NCBI RefSeq assembly: GCF_000219175.1
Contig: NC_015735.1
Coordinates: forward strand, 300,001-332,000
DNA: 32,000 nucleotides
From: Candidatus Moranella endobia PCIT
GTDB lineage: Bacteria; Pseudomonadota; Gammaproteobacteria; Enterobacterales; Enterobacteriaceae
Direction of reading: 5' to 3'
Of this stretch, positions 1 through 12,715 are shown piece after piece. The stretch's first letter is position 1. The number at the start of each line of letters is the position of its first letter. Both the position numbers and the translations under genes were made by a program. Below the pieces are notes generated by a model. That model searched no databases. It was not told where the DNA came from and was given only the letters and a program-made list of their open reading frames with translations.

Positions 1-871
1 GCAATTCTTTTACTCCTACGGTGAAATATGTTTGCAGATTCAACAGTTTATAGCCGGCGCGAATAACGCTAGTTAAACTTGGTTCTACAAAATCAATTCC
101 CGCCATGAATGTGTTGCGTGCTTCTGTTTTAAGCTTAGCTATATCGGATTCTACCGCGGCACAGATAGTTACCACAATTGACTCCTCAGCCGCGGCGATA
201 GCACGCACTTGCTCAACATAAGGGTTATTGTCAAAACTATTTTCATTGACATTAGTGATGTACATCATTGGTTTGATCGTCAAAAAACTAAGATAGTCGA
301 TTGCCTGTTTCTCATCATTGGATAAATTCAATGTTCGTAGCATACCTGCATTGCTCAGTTGTAACAGGCATTTTTTCAGTGCCGATAGCTCCAACTTAGC
401 ATGATTATCACCACTTTTTGTAAGTTTTTGCACTCTATTAATGGCACGTTCGCATACTTCTAAATCGGATAAAGCAAGCTCGGTGTTAATGACAGCAATA
501 TCTTCTGCCGGATCGATTTTACCAGCCACATGAATTATATTGTCGTTTGTAAAGCAACGCACGACATGTCCAATCGCTTCAGTTGTACGGATATGATTGA
601 GGAACTGGTTGCCTAGACCTTCCCCTTGTGATGCGCCTTTTACCAGACCAGCGATATCGACAAACTCCATGGTTGTTGGTACGATACGCTGCGGTTTGAC
701 AATTTCCGCCAGCTTATCAAGACGGGGATCGGGCATTGGCACCACTCCAGTATTGGGTTGGATAGTACAAAAAGGGAAATTGGCTGCTTTGATTCCTGCT
801 TTAGTTAATGCATTAAACAAGGTTGATTTACCAACGTTGGGTAACCCAACAATACCGCATTTGAAACCCAT
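1..871 (-). CDS. ychF: Redox-/ribosome-associated ATPase YchF (Obg-like), 3' end outside window; missing from the ORF track because no stop lies inside the window
   Basis: Reverse-strand translation from ATG at 869-871 gives [27 protein letters not shown]...[12 protein letters not shown]...; it continues to ...[28 protein letters not shown] at the window edge. Confidence 0.95.
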   Translation of the reverse strand, partial: MGFKCGIVGLPNVGKSTLFNALTKAGIKAANFPFCTIQPNTGVVPMPDPRLDKLAEIVKPQRIVPTTMEFVDIAGLVKGASQGEGLGNQFLNHIRTTEAIGHVVRCFTNDNIIHVAGKIDPAEDIAVINTELALSDLEVCERAINRVQKLTKSGDNHAKLELSALKKCLLQLSNAGMLRTLNLSNDEKQAIDYLSFLTIKPMMYITNVNENSFDNNPYVEQVRAIAAAEESIVVTICAAVESDIAKLKTEARNTFMAGIDFVEPSLTSVIRAGYKLLNLQTYFTVGVKEL

Positions 872-934
872 AGTTATTTACCTTACATGACCGAATCATA
901 AGTTAATAAATTACGGATAGACATAATTTATCTA

Positions 935-1531
935 TTATTTCACACAAAAATCAAGCTGGTAGGCATGTAAGCGATTAATAGCCTTCTCGGCATTATTATT
1001 AATCATAATCAGTGTGCAATGTATGGCCTCATCGATAGCACCAGCAATCAACTGTAATTCTGTTTTTGGCGGTTGGCTTAGCACAAAGCTAACAACTTTA
1101 TTTTTGGTACCCGGGTGTCCGATACCAATGCGTAGACGGTAGAATTGTGAATTATTACCAAAACTGCTGATAAGATTTTTCAGACCATTATGGCCGCCAT
1201 GACCACCGTCAAGTTTCAACCTCGCACTACCTGGCAATAGATTAAGTTCGTCGTGAGCAACAAGGACTTCCTCAGGTGCAATGTGGTAGAATTTGGCCAT
1301 CGCCATTACCGCTTTACCACTGAGATTCATAAATGTCGTAGGTACTAACAGTAAGACATTTTTATCACGGATGGTCAACTTACCGGTGTATCCGTAGAAT
1401 TTGCTTTCCTTGTTTAACTTTTGATGGTAGTGCTCTGCCAGTAATTCTACATACCAGGCGCCGGCATTGTGGCGGGTAGTAGCGTATTCTTTTCCTGGAT
1501 TGGAAAGGCCAACAATTAATTTGATTGACAC
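935..1531 (-). CDS. pth: Peptidyl-tRNA hydrolase
   Basis: ORF 198 aa: [30 protein letters not shown]..., VAHDELNL and GGHNGLKN motifs; adjacent to ychF as in E. coli. Confidence 0.96.
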   Translation of the reverse strand: MSIKLIVGLSNPGKEYATTRHNAGAWYVELLAEHYHQKLNKESKFYGYTGKLTIRDKNVLLLVPTTFMNLSGKAVMAMAKFYHIAPEEVLVAHDELNLLPGSARLKLDGGHGGHNGLKNLISSFGNNSQFYRLRIGIGHPGTKNKVVSFVLSQPPKTELQLIAGAIDEAIHCTLIMINNNAEKAINRLHAYQLDFCVK

Positions 1532-1715
1532 TTGTTGATCTCATGAGAAATTAATCAAAAAGCTCTCAAAACTCTCAGCAATTATCGTCACCACAGATCT
1601 TATAAACTGTTATAAATAAAATACATGAATTTTTTACTACTTTAGGTTCAGTACTTACTTATACAGTTCATTTGGTATGGCAGATAGTATGTTTTGCCTT
1701 CAACTTTATTATTCT

Positions 1716-1764
1716 TAAACCTTATGCTTACCCATACCTCATGCCTGGGTAAGCATAAGGTTTG
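1716..1764 (-). terminator. 18-bp-arm perfect hairpin just 3' of prs, candidate terminator or 3' stabiliser without a U-tract
   Basis: AAACCTTATGCTTACCCA (1717-1734) / TGGGTAAGCATAAGGTTT (1746-1763), 11-nt loop, ending 5 nt from the prs stop codon. Confidence 0.6.
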
Positions 1765-1768
1765 GTTA

Positions 1769-2716
1769 TTAATACTCGAACATAGCTGATATTGATTCTT
1801 CGTTGTTTATTCGGCGGATTGCCTCTGCCAGCATTCCGGATAACGTCAAGGTACGCACATTGGTCAATGCTTGGATGGAAGTATCTAGCGGAATCGTGTC
1901 GCAGACAATTACTTCATCGATCAAAGAATTTTTGATATTTTCATATGCCTGGCCTGAAAAAATTGGATGTGTAGCATAGGCAAATACCCTTTTAGCACCG
2001 CGCTCTTTCAATGCTTCGGTTGCTTTACACAGGGTACCTCCGGTATCAATTATATCGTCAACTAGCACGCAGTCGCGATTTTCTACATCGCCAATGATAT
2101 GCATCACCTGCGACAGGTTGGCTCTAGGGCGGCGCTTATCAATAATCGCCATATCGGTATCATGGAGCATCTTAGCTATCGCTCGTGCTCGTACTACACC
2201 ACCAATATCTGGAGAAACAATAATAGGATTTTCCAACTCCTTCTGTAGCAGATCTTCGAATATTATCTTGCTACCGAAAACGTTATCAACAGGTACATCA
2301 AAGAAGCCCTGAATCTGTTCAGCGTGTAGATCGACAGTTAAAACACGGTCAATACCTACTCGTGACAGAAAATCAGCTATTACTTTGGCGGTAATTGGGA
2401 CGCGATTGGAACGGACACGTCGATCTTGACGTGCATATCCAAAGTAAGGTATGATAGCGGTGATCCGGCCAGCAGAAGCACGGCGCAACGCATCTACCAT
2501 AATTACTAATTCCATCAGGTTTTCATTGGTAGGTACGCAAGTGGATTGGATAATAAAAATATCACCACCACGGACGTTTTCATTTATTTGAACATTTATT
2601 TCGCCATCACTAAACCGGCTAACTGTAGCCTTGCCAAGACTAGTATATAAGCATTTAGTAATACGTTGTGCTAGTTTCGGGGTAGCGTTTCCAGCAAAAA
2701 TTTTAATACCTTGCAC
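1769..2716 (-). CDS. prs: Ribose-phosphate pyrophosphokinase; probable GTG start at 2716, the track ORF start at 2767 is upstream
   Basis: [16 protein letters not shown]..., [46 protein letters not shown] (PRPP-binding), ends [10 protein letters not shown]. Confidence 0.96.
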   Translation of the reverse strand: MQGIKIFAGNATPKLAQRITKCLYTSLGKATVSRFSDGEINVQINENVRGGDIFIIQSTCVPTNENLMELVIMVDALRRASAGRITAIIPYFGYARQDRRVRSNRVPITAKVIADFLSRVGIDRVLTVDLHAEQIQGFFDVPVDNVFGSKIIFEDLLQKELENPIIVSPDIGGVVRARAIAKMLHDTDMAIIDKRRPRANLSQVMHIIGDVENRDCVLVDDIIDTGGTLCKATEALKERGAKRVFAYATHPIFSGQAYENIKNSLIDEVIVCDTIPLDTSIQALTNVRTLTLSGMLAEAIRRINNEESISAMFEY

Positions 2717-2922
2717 GAGAACAACCTCATTGTATCCAGAGAGAATATTGCGCCAGTTTGACACCATCTTCCCTGTGCCGCTTGCATCAGGTATAATACT
2801 ATCATATCATTTTGCTTAGTAAAGCTAAACAATTGCTGCCGGTAGCCAAATACAATCGATTATATGTGTTATAATCAATTCTTATATTGTATGCACAACG
2901 CACAACAATAAATATATCAATC

Positions 2923-4005
2923 ATGAAGTTATCGATAGTTGCAAAATTAGAGTCATTGCGAGAGCGCCTTGAAGAAGTGAAAGTGCTATTAGGCGATTCC
3001 AGCATAATTTTTGATCAAAAGCGTTTTCGTGTCTTATCGAAGGAATACGCGCAGCTATCAGAGGTTTCAAGTTATTTTCAACGATGGCGTCAGGTACAAA
3101 AAGATATTAACATGGCAGAATATCTGTTACAAGAGCCTGACATGCGCGAGATGGCTAAAGATGAACTGCAGTCCTATCGTACTCAACAAGAAATACTGGA
3201 ACAGCAGTTACAGTTGTTACTGCTACCAAAAGATATCAACGATGAAAGAGGCTGCTTCCTTGAGGTGCGTGCTGGCACCGGGGGTAATGAAGCAGCGTTG
3301 TTCGCTGGCGTTTTATTTCGCATGTACAGCCGTTTTGCTGAAACAAACCACTGGAAATTGGAGATAGTCAGCACAAGCGAAGGCGAGCACGGTGGCTTCA
3401 AAGAGGTTATAGCCAAGGTAGCTCATGAAGGAGCATACGGTGTACTAAAATTTGAATCCGGTGGACATCGCGTTCAGCGAGTACCAGAAACAGAATCCCA
3501 GGGACGCATTCATACTTCAGCTTGCACAGTAGCGGTAATTCCGGAGATACCATATGCTGAAATGCCAGAAATAAACAATGGAGATCTGCGTATTGATACC
3601 TTTCGCTCCTCCGGAGCAGGAGGTCAACATGTTAACACCACCGACTCAGCTATCCGCATTACTCATTTACCAACCGGGTTGGTAGTAGAATGCCAGGACG
3701 AACGCTCTCAACATAAAAATAAAGCCAAGGCTATAGCAGTGCTAGGAGCACGTTTACGCGCCGCCGAAATTCAGCGCCGTCAGCAAAAAGAAACATCAAC
3801 ACGCCGGAATCTGCTGGGCAGTGGTGATCGCTCCGATCGTATTCGCACGTATAATTTTCCACAGGGGCGGGTGACTGATCACCGCATAGGTTTGACCATA
3901 TACCGGTTGGAGGAAGTTATTGAAGGTAAGCTAGATATGTTAATTCAACCAATAATGCAAGAGCACCAGGCAGATCAGCTAGCAGCTTTGTCTGAGATGC
4001 TCTAA
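2923..4005 (+). CDS. prfA: Peptide chain release factor 1; probable ATG start at 2923 rather than the TTG at 2887
   Basis: [19 protein letters not shown]..., [25 protein letters not shown] (GGQ motif), [11 protein letters not shown]. Confidence 0.97.
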   Translation: MKLSIVAKLESLRERLEEVKVLLGDSSIIFDQKRFRVLSKEYAQLSEVSSYFQRWRQVQKDINMAEYLLQEPDMREMAKDELQSYRTQQEILEQQLQLLLLPKDINDERGCFLEVRAGTGGNEAALFAGVLFRMYSRFAETNHWKLEIVSTSEGEHGGFKEVIAKVAHEGAYGVLKFESGGHRVQRVPETESQGRIHTSACTVAVIPEIPYAEMPEINNGDLRIDTFRSSGAGGQHVNTTDSAIRITHLPTGLVVECQDERSQHKNKAKAIAVLGARLRAAEIQRRQQKETSTRRNLLGSGDRSDRIRTYNFPQGRVTDHRIGLTIYRLEEVIEGKLDMLIQPIMQEHQADQLAALSEML

Positions 4006-4014
4006 TCTAGAATA

Positions 4015-4857
4015 ATGACTTGGCAACAATGGATGAAACAGGCTATCAGCCGCCTAAGCATTTCGTTAACCTTTAGTGCTAAGCAAGATGCAGAAATACT
4101 ATTGGCGCATGTTACTAGTGCTACACGCTCTCGGCTACTAGCTTTTGGTGAAACTATATTAACAGAAGCACAATACTCTATGCTGGAAGCATTGTTAACA
4201 CGTCGTGAACAGGGCGAACCGGTGGCTTATCTAACTGGTACACGCGAATTTTGGTCTTTGCCATTGCGTGTATCAACCGATACTTTGATTCCACGACCTG
4301 ATACTGAATGTTTAGTACAGAGCGCGCTAGATCTATTGTCGAACGCCCCAGCCAAGGTACTAGATTTAGGCACCGGCAACGGTGCGATAGCACTAGCGTT
4401 GGCATCGGAACGTCCGGCATGGCAAATAACCGGCGTAGATCGATTACATGCCGCAGTTGCACTCGCTCGTGATAACGCCAATCGCTTAGAATTAAGTAAT
4501 GTGCATTTTTGCGTCAGTGACTGGTATAAAAAATTAAATATGCAATGCTATAGTCTTATTGTTAGTAATCCACCTTATATTGAAGCGGATGATCCGCATC
4601 TGATGGGAGACATACGTTTCGAACCGCGCAGTGCTTTAGTAGGTGGAGAGAGCGGCCTTGAGAATTTAGCAGCTATTTGTCGTGGGGTTGGTTCGCATTT
4701 GCTACCTGGCGGCTGGCTTGTTCTAGAGCATGGCTGGCGTCAGGGTTCCGCCGTGCGCAACTTGCTTGCTGCTGCAGGTTTAGGTAAGATCTATACCATA
4801 AGAGATTATGGAAATAATGAACGAGTTAGTCAGGGACAGCAGTTGCCAATAATGTAA
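4015..4857 (+). CDS. prmC: Release factor glutamine N5-methyltransferase
   Basis: LDLGTGNGAIALALA and SNPPYIEADDPHL motifs; 9 nt downstream of prfA as in enterobacterial prfA-prmC. Confidence 0.95.
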   Translation: MTWQQWMKQAISRLSISLTFSAKQDAEILLAHVTSATRSRLLAFGETILTEAQYSMLEALLTRREQGEPVAYLTGTREFWSLPLRVSTDTLIPRPDTECLVQSALDLLSNAPAKVLDLGTGNGAIALALASERPAWQITGVDRLHAAVALARDNANRLELSNVHFCVSDWYKKLNMQCYSLIVSNPPYIEADDPHLMGDIRFEPRSALVGGESGLENLAAICRGVGSHLLPGGWLVLEHGWRQGSAVRNLLAAAGLGKIYTIRDYGNNERVSQGQQLPIM

Positions 4858-5059
4858 CTACAAGGTAACAATTCAAAGTTTATCAAATTTTATTACTGTG
4901 GTCAATAGTGTCTATAAGCTAAAAAAACAACTTTCTGATTGAGGATAGTAATGTTCAATTTGCGCTCTTTGAAAGGAATTTATTATTTTAGTGGTTATTA
5001 TCTATCAACCATAATCAGATCGATTAAATAATCTTTGAAGAGGATTTATTCCCATTTCG

Positions 5060-5845
5060 TTAGTCAAGTATAGTGGAAAGTATAGTTTTTACTATGCGAG
5101 GATTACCGGCGACAATATCACCAGAACGTAAATGATAATTTCTGCCCGCAAAATCGGTAACCAAACCACCAGCCTCACGCACTAGCCGTTCACCACTAGC
5201 AAAATCACATGGATTAAGGCTGATTTCAAACAAACCATCTACACGACCGGCAGCAACATATGCCAAATCCAGTACAGCCGATCCAGTGCTACGAAAATCT
5301 GCACACTTAACTAATAGTTTTCTTACTAGGGTCATATAGCCAATATTGTTGGCATGCTGTTTTTGCTTATAGTGAAAAGCGATTGCCAAAATGGTATCAT
5401 CTAGATGGTGTGCGGTACCTACGCGCAGACGATAGCCGTTCAACTGGGCTCCCTGGCCTCTAGAAGCAGTGAACAGCTCATTTCGCATAGGATCATAAAC
5501 TACAGCCACTTCCGTATAGCCTTTTATCCGTACAGCAATAGAAACAGCAAAGTGAGGAAAACGCTTAATAAAATTTGTTGTCCCATCTAATGGGTCGATA
5601 ATCCATTGTATATTAGTATTTTCAACTTCAAGCTCACCACTATTGTTGATAACAATTGAGTGTTGCGAGTAGAATTTACGAATCAGGTCAACAATAACAT
5701 GTTCCAATTTAGTGTTGATGTTAGTGACAAAATTATTGTTGTATTTTTTACTGGCTTCGATGGTATCAAAGTTTTCATAACTTTTAGCAATTAAATTACC
5801 CGCCATTCGCGCAGCGCGAATGGCGATATTAAGCATCGGCTGCAT
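5060..5845 (-). CDS. suhB: SuhB / inositol monophosphatase family protein with altered active-site acidic residues
   Basis: MQPMLNIAIRAARMAGNLIAKSYE..., DPLDGTTNFIKRFPHFAVSIAVR, YDPMRNELFTASRGQGAQLNGYRLR; aligns to E. coli SuhB without gaps over the N-terminal ~90 residues. Confidence 0.93.
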   Translation of the reverse strand: MQPMLNIAIRAARMAGNLIAKSYENFDTIEASKKYNNNFVTNINTKLEHVIVDLIRKFYSQHSIVINNSGELEVENTNIQWIIDPLDGTTNFIKRFPHFAVSIAVRIKGYTEVAVVYDPMRNELFTASRGQGAQLNGYRLRVGTAHHLDDTILAIAFHYKQKQHANNIGYMTLVRKLLVKCADFRSTGSAVLDLAYVAAGRVDGLFEISLNPCDFASGERLVREAGGLVTDFAGRNYHLRSGDIVAGNPRIVKTILSTILD

Positions 5846-6120
5846 GTATATCTTCCATAAGCTAATAAAATTACTAATTATAACAAAAAGTTAGCAAAAG
5901 AATTAAACTTCTGTCCTATTGCCTATCTTGGATCTAACTTATAACATTACCAATACTTATTGATAAACTATCGCTCTATCTAATTATTCAACTATTAGGT
6001 TGATTTATAACCGCAATCATTAAAAGGACAAAACAGTGTCGAATGTATTTGAAACGAGTTGATAGCTTTAGCTAAAAAAAATAACAGATACGAAAGTTGT
6101 TAAATAGTATATTATATATC

Positions 6121-6150
6121 ATCTATCACTGCTTAAAAGCAGTGATAGAT
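6121..6150. repeat. Perfect 14-bp-arm hairpin in the suhB-iscS divergent intergenic region
   Basis: ATCTATCACTGCTT AA AAGCAGTGATAGAT; followed by TTAAGT-GGTT-ACTTAA at 6153-6168. Confidence 0.7.
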
Positions 6151-6536
6151 TATTAAGTGGTTACTTAACTGAAGAGATTAGTCTGTGCTACTCGCATAAA
6201 AAAAGGTAATATTTATTATATTTGGTATGTTAACCATTCATTGTTATCTCATTGGCTTAAATATAAATTGGTAGTCACCAACTAATATAATAGCGATAGT
6301 TATTTACTGTATCAGTACTTTCATCATAGTTTTAACTAAATTAATAGATGTAACCAGTTATCAGGTAGTACTATCAAGCATGAAAACAATAAGATGAACA
6401 ATTAACGTAGTTGAACTAGTGATAAATATTACAGCAAATAGTTAACCATAATAAACGATTCATGACTAAATCTTAAACCTACTTGATTTAGTGCAAGGCG
6501 TCTTTTGTTATTTTTGATGCCTGGAGATAACGAATC

Positions 6537-7736
6537 ATGAAATTACCGATTTATCTTGATTACTCAGCTACTACTCCGGTTGACCCAAGAGTAGCAGAAA
6601 AGATGATGCAGTATCTTACACTTGATGGAATCTTTGGTAATCCTGCTTCCCGTTCCCACCGTTATGGCTGGCAAGCGGAAGAAGCAGTCGATATTGCGCG
6701 TAATTATATCGCCGCACTTGTTGGTACTGATTCTCGAGAAATTATATTTACTTCCGGTGCTACTGAGTCTGATAATCTCGCCCTGAAAGGGGCTGCTTAC
6801 GCTAATCGCGCTCAAGGTAACCATATTATTACTGCATTAACTGAGCATAAATCGGTTATAGATACTTGTCAGTATTTGGAAAAAGAAGGCTTCATGGTCA
6901 CTTGGTTAGTTCCGCTAGCTAACGGTATCGTTACCCCACAGCAATTGAGTAATGCTATCCGTGATGACACAATTCTGGTGTCATTAATGCACGTTAACAA
7001 CGAAACTGGCGTAATTCAGGATATCGCAGCCTTTGGTAAACTTTGCCGCGCCAGCGGGGCATTATTCCATGTAGATGCTAGTCAAAGCGTGGGCAAATTG
7101 CCCATTAATCTAGCCACATTGCCAGTCGACTTTATGTCGTTTAGCAGCCATAAAGTTTATGGACCGAAAGGTATCGGCGCTTTATTCGTTCGTCGTAAAC
7201 CATGGGTTCGAATCAATGCACAAATTCATGGTGGTGGTCAAGAACTAGGTCTGCGCTCCGGAACACTACCTGTGCATCAAATTGTCGGTATGGGAGAAGC
7301 TTATAATATCGCAGCGCAAGTTATAGCGAATGAAATGCCGTTTCTACGGGCACTACGCGACCAACTGTATCATGGATTACAGCATAATATCGATGGTGTT
7401 AATGTTAATGGCGACTTACAACAGGGTGTAGCAACTATTCTGAATATTAGCTTACGTGATATGGAAAGTGATTCCCTTATGATAGCATTGAAGGATCTAG
7501 CAGTATCTACAGGCTCTGCCTGTACTTCCGCCCACCTGGAGCCGTCTCATGTCTTACGCGCCATGAAGTTGTATAATGTTGATAATGTACTTACCAACAA
7601 CTCCATTCGTTTCTCTTTGGGACGTTTTACCACACAGGAAGAAATAGACTACACTATTAAACACACCAGAACAGTTATTACGCAACTACGCAAACAAAAA
7701 AATTTAGTTGACGCAGTATTTAGCCGAACAATCTAA
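6537..7736 (+). CDS. iscS: Cysteine desulfurase IscS with atypical shortened C-terminus
   Basis: [27 protein letters not shown]..., [17 protein letters not shown] (PLP lysine), [19 protein letters not shown] (catalytic Cys). Confidence 0.95.
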   Translation: MKLPIYLDYSATTPVDPRVAEKMMQYLTLDGIFGNPASRSHRYGWQAEEAVDIARNYIAALVGTDSREIIFTSGATESDNLALKGAAYANRAQGNHIITALTEHKSVIDTCQYLEKEGFMVTWLVPLANGIVTPQQLSNAIRDDTILVSLMHVNNETGVIQDIAAFGKLCRASGALFHVDASQSVGKLPINLATLPVDFMSFSSHKVYGPKGIGALFVRRKPWVRINAQIHGGGQELGLRSGTLPVHQIVGMGEAYNIAAQVIANEMPFLRALRDQLYHGLQHNIDGVNVNGDLQQGVATILNISLRDMESDSLMIALKDLAVSTGSACTSAHLEPSHVLRAMKLYNVDNVLTNNSIRFSLGRFTTQEEIDYTIKHTRTVITQLRKQKNLVDAVFSRTI

Positions 7737-7856
7737 ATTCCATTCTAGCTAACTTATATGCCAGCCACTACATGCTAACCTATTCAAACTTGGCCTGGTT
7801 GATTTACTAATTTGTGTTAAATTGCACCACTTAACACTAATTTAAGTATTTATTTC

Positions 7857-7884
7857 TTGTCAACGACAAGTAAGTATCTATAAT
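7857..7884 (+). promoter_or_regulatory. Candidate sigma70 promoter for the tRNA-Glu/23S/5S unit
   Basis: -35 TTGTCA (7857-7862, 5/6 consensus), 16-nt spacer, -10 TATAAT (7879-7884, 6/6), ~114 nt upstream of tRNA-Glu; -35 overlaps the inverted repeat CTTGTC-AAC-GACAAG (7856-7870). Confidence 0.55.
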
Positions 7885-7907
7885 ATGTTATCAATAAACG
7901 TAGTAAT

Positions 7908-7920
7908 TGCTCTTCTAAAA
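7908..7920 (+). promoter_or_regulatory. Leader boxA-like antitermination element
   Basis: TGCTCTTCTAAAA resembles the rrn boxA TGCTCTTTAACAA, located between the candidate promoter and tRNA-Glu. Confidence 0.4.
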
Positions 7921-7997
7921 TAGTTCCACTAGTTAGTGGAGTCATGCGAAGATACAAATGATAATGGTGTTAATCTAAATATTAGCGTATATAATAT

Positions 7998-8070
7998 GTC
8001 CCCTTCGTCTAGGGGTCTAGGACACCGCCCTTTCACGGCGGTAACAGGGGTTCGAACCCCCTAGGGGACG
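7998..8070 (+). tRNA. tRNA-Glu (anticodon TTC), no encoded CCA
   Basis: GTCCCCTTCGTCTAGGGGTCTAGGACACCGCCCTTTCACGGCGGTAACAGGGGTTCGAACCCCCTAGGGGACG folds as a cloverleaf, near-identical to E. coli tRNA-Glu. Confidence 0.96.
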
Positions 8071-8159
8071 CTACTTAAGGCACTAATAAATGGGCTGTTA
8101 TCAACAGCTACTAGTTTAGCTTAGCATTAGCATAAAAATGTAATATTTTGTAAGTATTT

Positions 8160-8172
8160 TGTTCTTTAACAA
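8160..8172 (+). promoter_or_regulatory. boxA element in the spacer before 23S
   Basis: TGTTCTTTAACAA followed by TCTGGAAT, matching the enterobacterial rRNA spacer boxA region TGCTCTTTAACAATCTGGAA. Confidence 0.7.
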
Positions 8173-8240
8173 TCTGGAATAAACTAGACATGAGGTAAAA
8201 ACTTAGTATGCGTATGCTATGCGCATATTTATTTATCAAT

Positions 8241-8260
8241 GTCGATCCAAGTCGATCCAA
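8241..8260 (+). repeat. Perfect tandem duplication of a 10-mer in the pre-23S spacer
   Basis: GTCGATCCAA GTCGATCCAA. Confidence 0.9.
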
Positions 8261-8316
8261 TAACCAAGAACCAAGTTCTCAAACCTGAAAAAAAGACAAA
8301 CAGCTCAGGGTTGTGA

Positions 8317-11233
<2,917 letters not shown>

Positions 11234-11327
11234 ACAACACCTAAGCTGTTTGAGAGCGCAATTGACAACTTGGAGAAGTATGTTCTGGATTATTCATGAT
11301 GCTGATTGTAGCAAAAGCAAAAGAATT

Positions 11328-11446
11328 TGCCTGGCGGCATTAGCGCGGTGGTACCACCTGACCCCATGCCGAACTCAGAAGTGAAACGCCGTAGTGCCGA
11401 TGGTAGTGTGGGGTTTCCCCATGCGAGAGTAGGGAACTGCCAGGCA
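11328..11446 (+). rRNA. rrf: 5S ribosomal RNA
   Basis: TGCCTGGCGGCATTAGCGCGGTGGTACCACCTGACCCCATGCCGAACTCAGAAGTG...GGGAACTGCCAGGCA. Confidence 0.98.
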
Positions 11447-11472
11447 ACTAAGATAGATAATTTAGTTTAGTG

Positions 11473-11549
11473 GTGCGGTAGTTCAGTTGGTTAGAATACC
11501 GGCCTGTCACGTCGGGGGTCGCGGGTTCAAATCCCGTCCGCACCGCCAT
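11473..11549 (+). tRNA. tRNA-Asp (anticodon GTC), CCA encoded
   Basis: GGTGCGGTAGTTCAGTTGGTTAGAATACCGGCCTGTCACGTCGGGGGTCGCGGGTTCAAATCCCGTCCGCACCGCCA. Confidence 0.97.
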
Positions 11550-11590
11550 GCTTTGAATCTAAATTATAGATCTATAGTTATTATAGTTCT

Positions 11591-11971
11591 CTATTGTTCA
11601 AAAATTACCATGGCGTAGACGTAATACCGCTCATCAGCTAATGTTACATGCATTCTGGTAATTTTTAACCTGCTAGCTAATTCAGCAGCTTGAGCAATCA
11701 ATTGCAATGAAGGTTTTCCCATGGCATCGTTGCAGACCTCAACCTGTGAAAAAGTAAGCCCGTTACGAATACCGGTGCCAAAGGCCTTCGACACTGCTTC
11801 TTTTACAGCAAAACGTTTAGCAAGAAATCGTACCGGCTTATTATGCTGTTGATATTGCAGTAATTCATTTTGACTGAGTATCCGACGTGCTATTTTAGCA
11901 CCTGTGCGGGAAACTACCGCCTCCATTCGCTCCAGCTCGACGATATCGGTACCAATACCAACAATCGCCAT
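11591..11971 (-). CDS. acpS: Holo-[acyl-carrier-protein] synthase; start set to ATG at 11971, overlapping the pdxJ stop by one nucleotide
   Basis: [22 protein letters not shown]..., [24 protein letters not shown]. Confidence 0.95.
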   Translation of the reverse strand: MAIVGIGTDIVELERMEAVVSRTGAKIARRILSQNELLQYQQHNKPVRFLAKRFAVKEAVSKAFGTGIRNGLTFSQVEVCNDAMGKPSLQLIAQAAELASRLKITRMHVTLADERYYVYAMVIFEQ

Positions 11972-12702
11972 CAGCAGCATGCTTCATGTATAAGGCGTTT
12001 CATATCTTTTACTGCTTCTTCTAAGCCGCTAAGCACAGCACGACTAATAATGGCATGACCAATATTTAACTCATGCATAAAGGTTATTGCTGCCACTGGT
12101 TTAACATTGTGATAATTAAGACCATGTCCAGCATTAACCTTTAGTCCTAGAGTGGCGGCGTATTGTGCTCCTTGACGGATGCGGGCATACTCTGCCTCAC
12201 GCGAGACCTCGTCCACTGCGTTGGCATAGGCGCCGGTATGAAGTTCAATGTAGGGCGCACCTATATCCGCCGCCGCCTTGATCTGCTGCTCATCGGCCTC
12301 GATAAACAACGAACTCTTAATTCCAGCATCACTCAGTCGAACCACAGCTTGACGTAGTTTATTACGCTGAGCAGCAATATCAAGTCCGCCTTCGGTAGTT
12401 ACTTCATGGCGTTTTTCTGGAACTAGGCAGCAAAAGTTCGGCAATAAGGTACAGGCAATGGCCATCATCTCTTCTGTTACTGCCATTTCTAGATTCATAT
12501 TAGTCTGAATAGTTTGGCGCAATAGCTTAACATCACGATCGTTTATATGACGGCGGTCTTCACGCAAATGTACCGTAATGCTATTTGCTCCAGCTTGTTC
12601 TGCAATAAACGCGGCATGAACTGGATCTGGCCAAGCAGTACCACGCGCATTTCTTAATGTCGCAATGTGATCAATATTTACACCTAGTCGTAATTCAACC
12701 AT
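11971..12702 (-). CDS. pdxJ: Pyridoxine 5'-phosphate synthase; probable start ATG at 12702
   Basis: [53 protein letters not shown]..., [15 protein letters not shown]. Confidence 0.96.
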   Translation of the reverse strand: MVELRLGVNIDHIATLRNARGTAWPDPVHAAFIAEQAGANSITVHLREDRRHINDRDVKLLRQTIQTNMNLEMAVTEEMMAIACTLLPNFCCLVPEKRHEVTTEGGLDIAAQRNKLRQAVVRLSDAGIKSSLFIEADEQQIKAAADIGAPYIELHTGAYANAVDEVSREAEYARIRQGAQYAATLGLKVNAGHGLNYHNVKPVAAITFMHELNIGHAIISRAVLSGLEEAVKDMKRLIHEACC

Positions 12703-12715
12703 ATTTATACCTAAC

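Noticed and set aside
597-890. 97-aa plus-strand ORF
   Set aside because: Antisense to ychF, with no independent coding evidence.
2094-2819. Plus-strand ORFs 2094..2312 and 2631..2819
   Set aside because: Antisense or mostly antisense to prs; spurious.
2802-3416. ORFs 2802..3005(-), 3011..3367(+), 3183..3416(-)
   Set aside because: Overlap the well-supported prfA coding frame on other frames; no recognisable domain.
3487-3495. PrfA stop-codon recognition tripeptide reads P-E-T ([15 protein letters not shown]) rather than E. coli P-A-T
   Set aside because: The PxT pattern is preserved and the middle residue varies among RF1 proteins, so I do not claim altered decoding.
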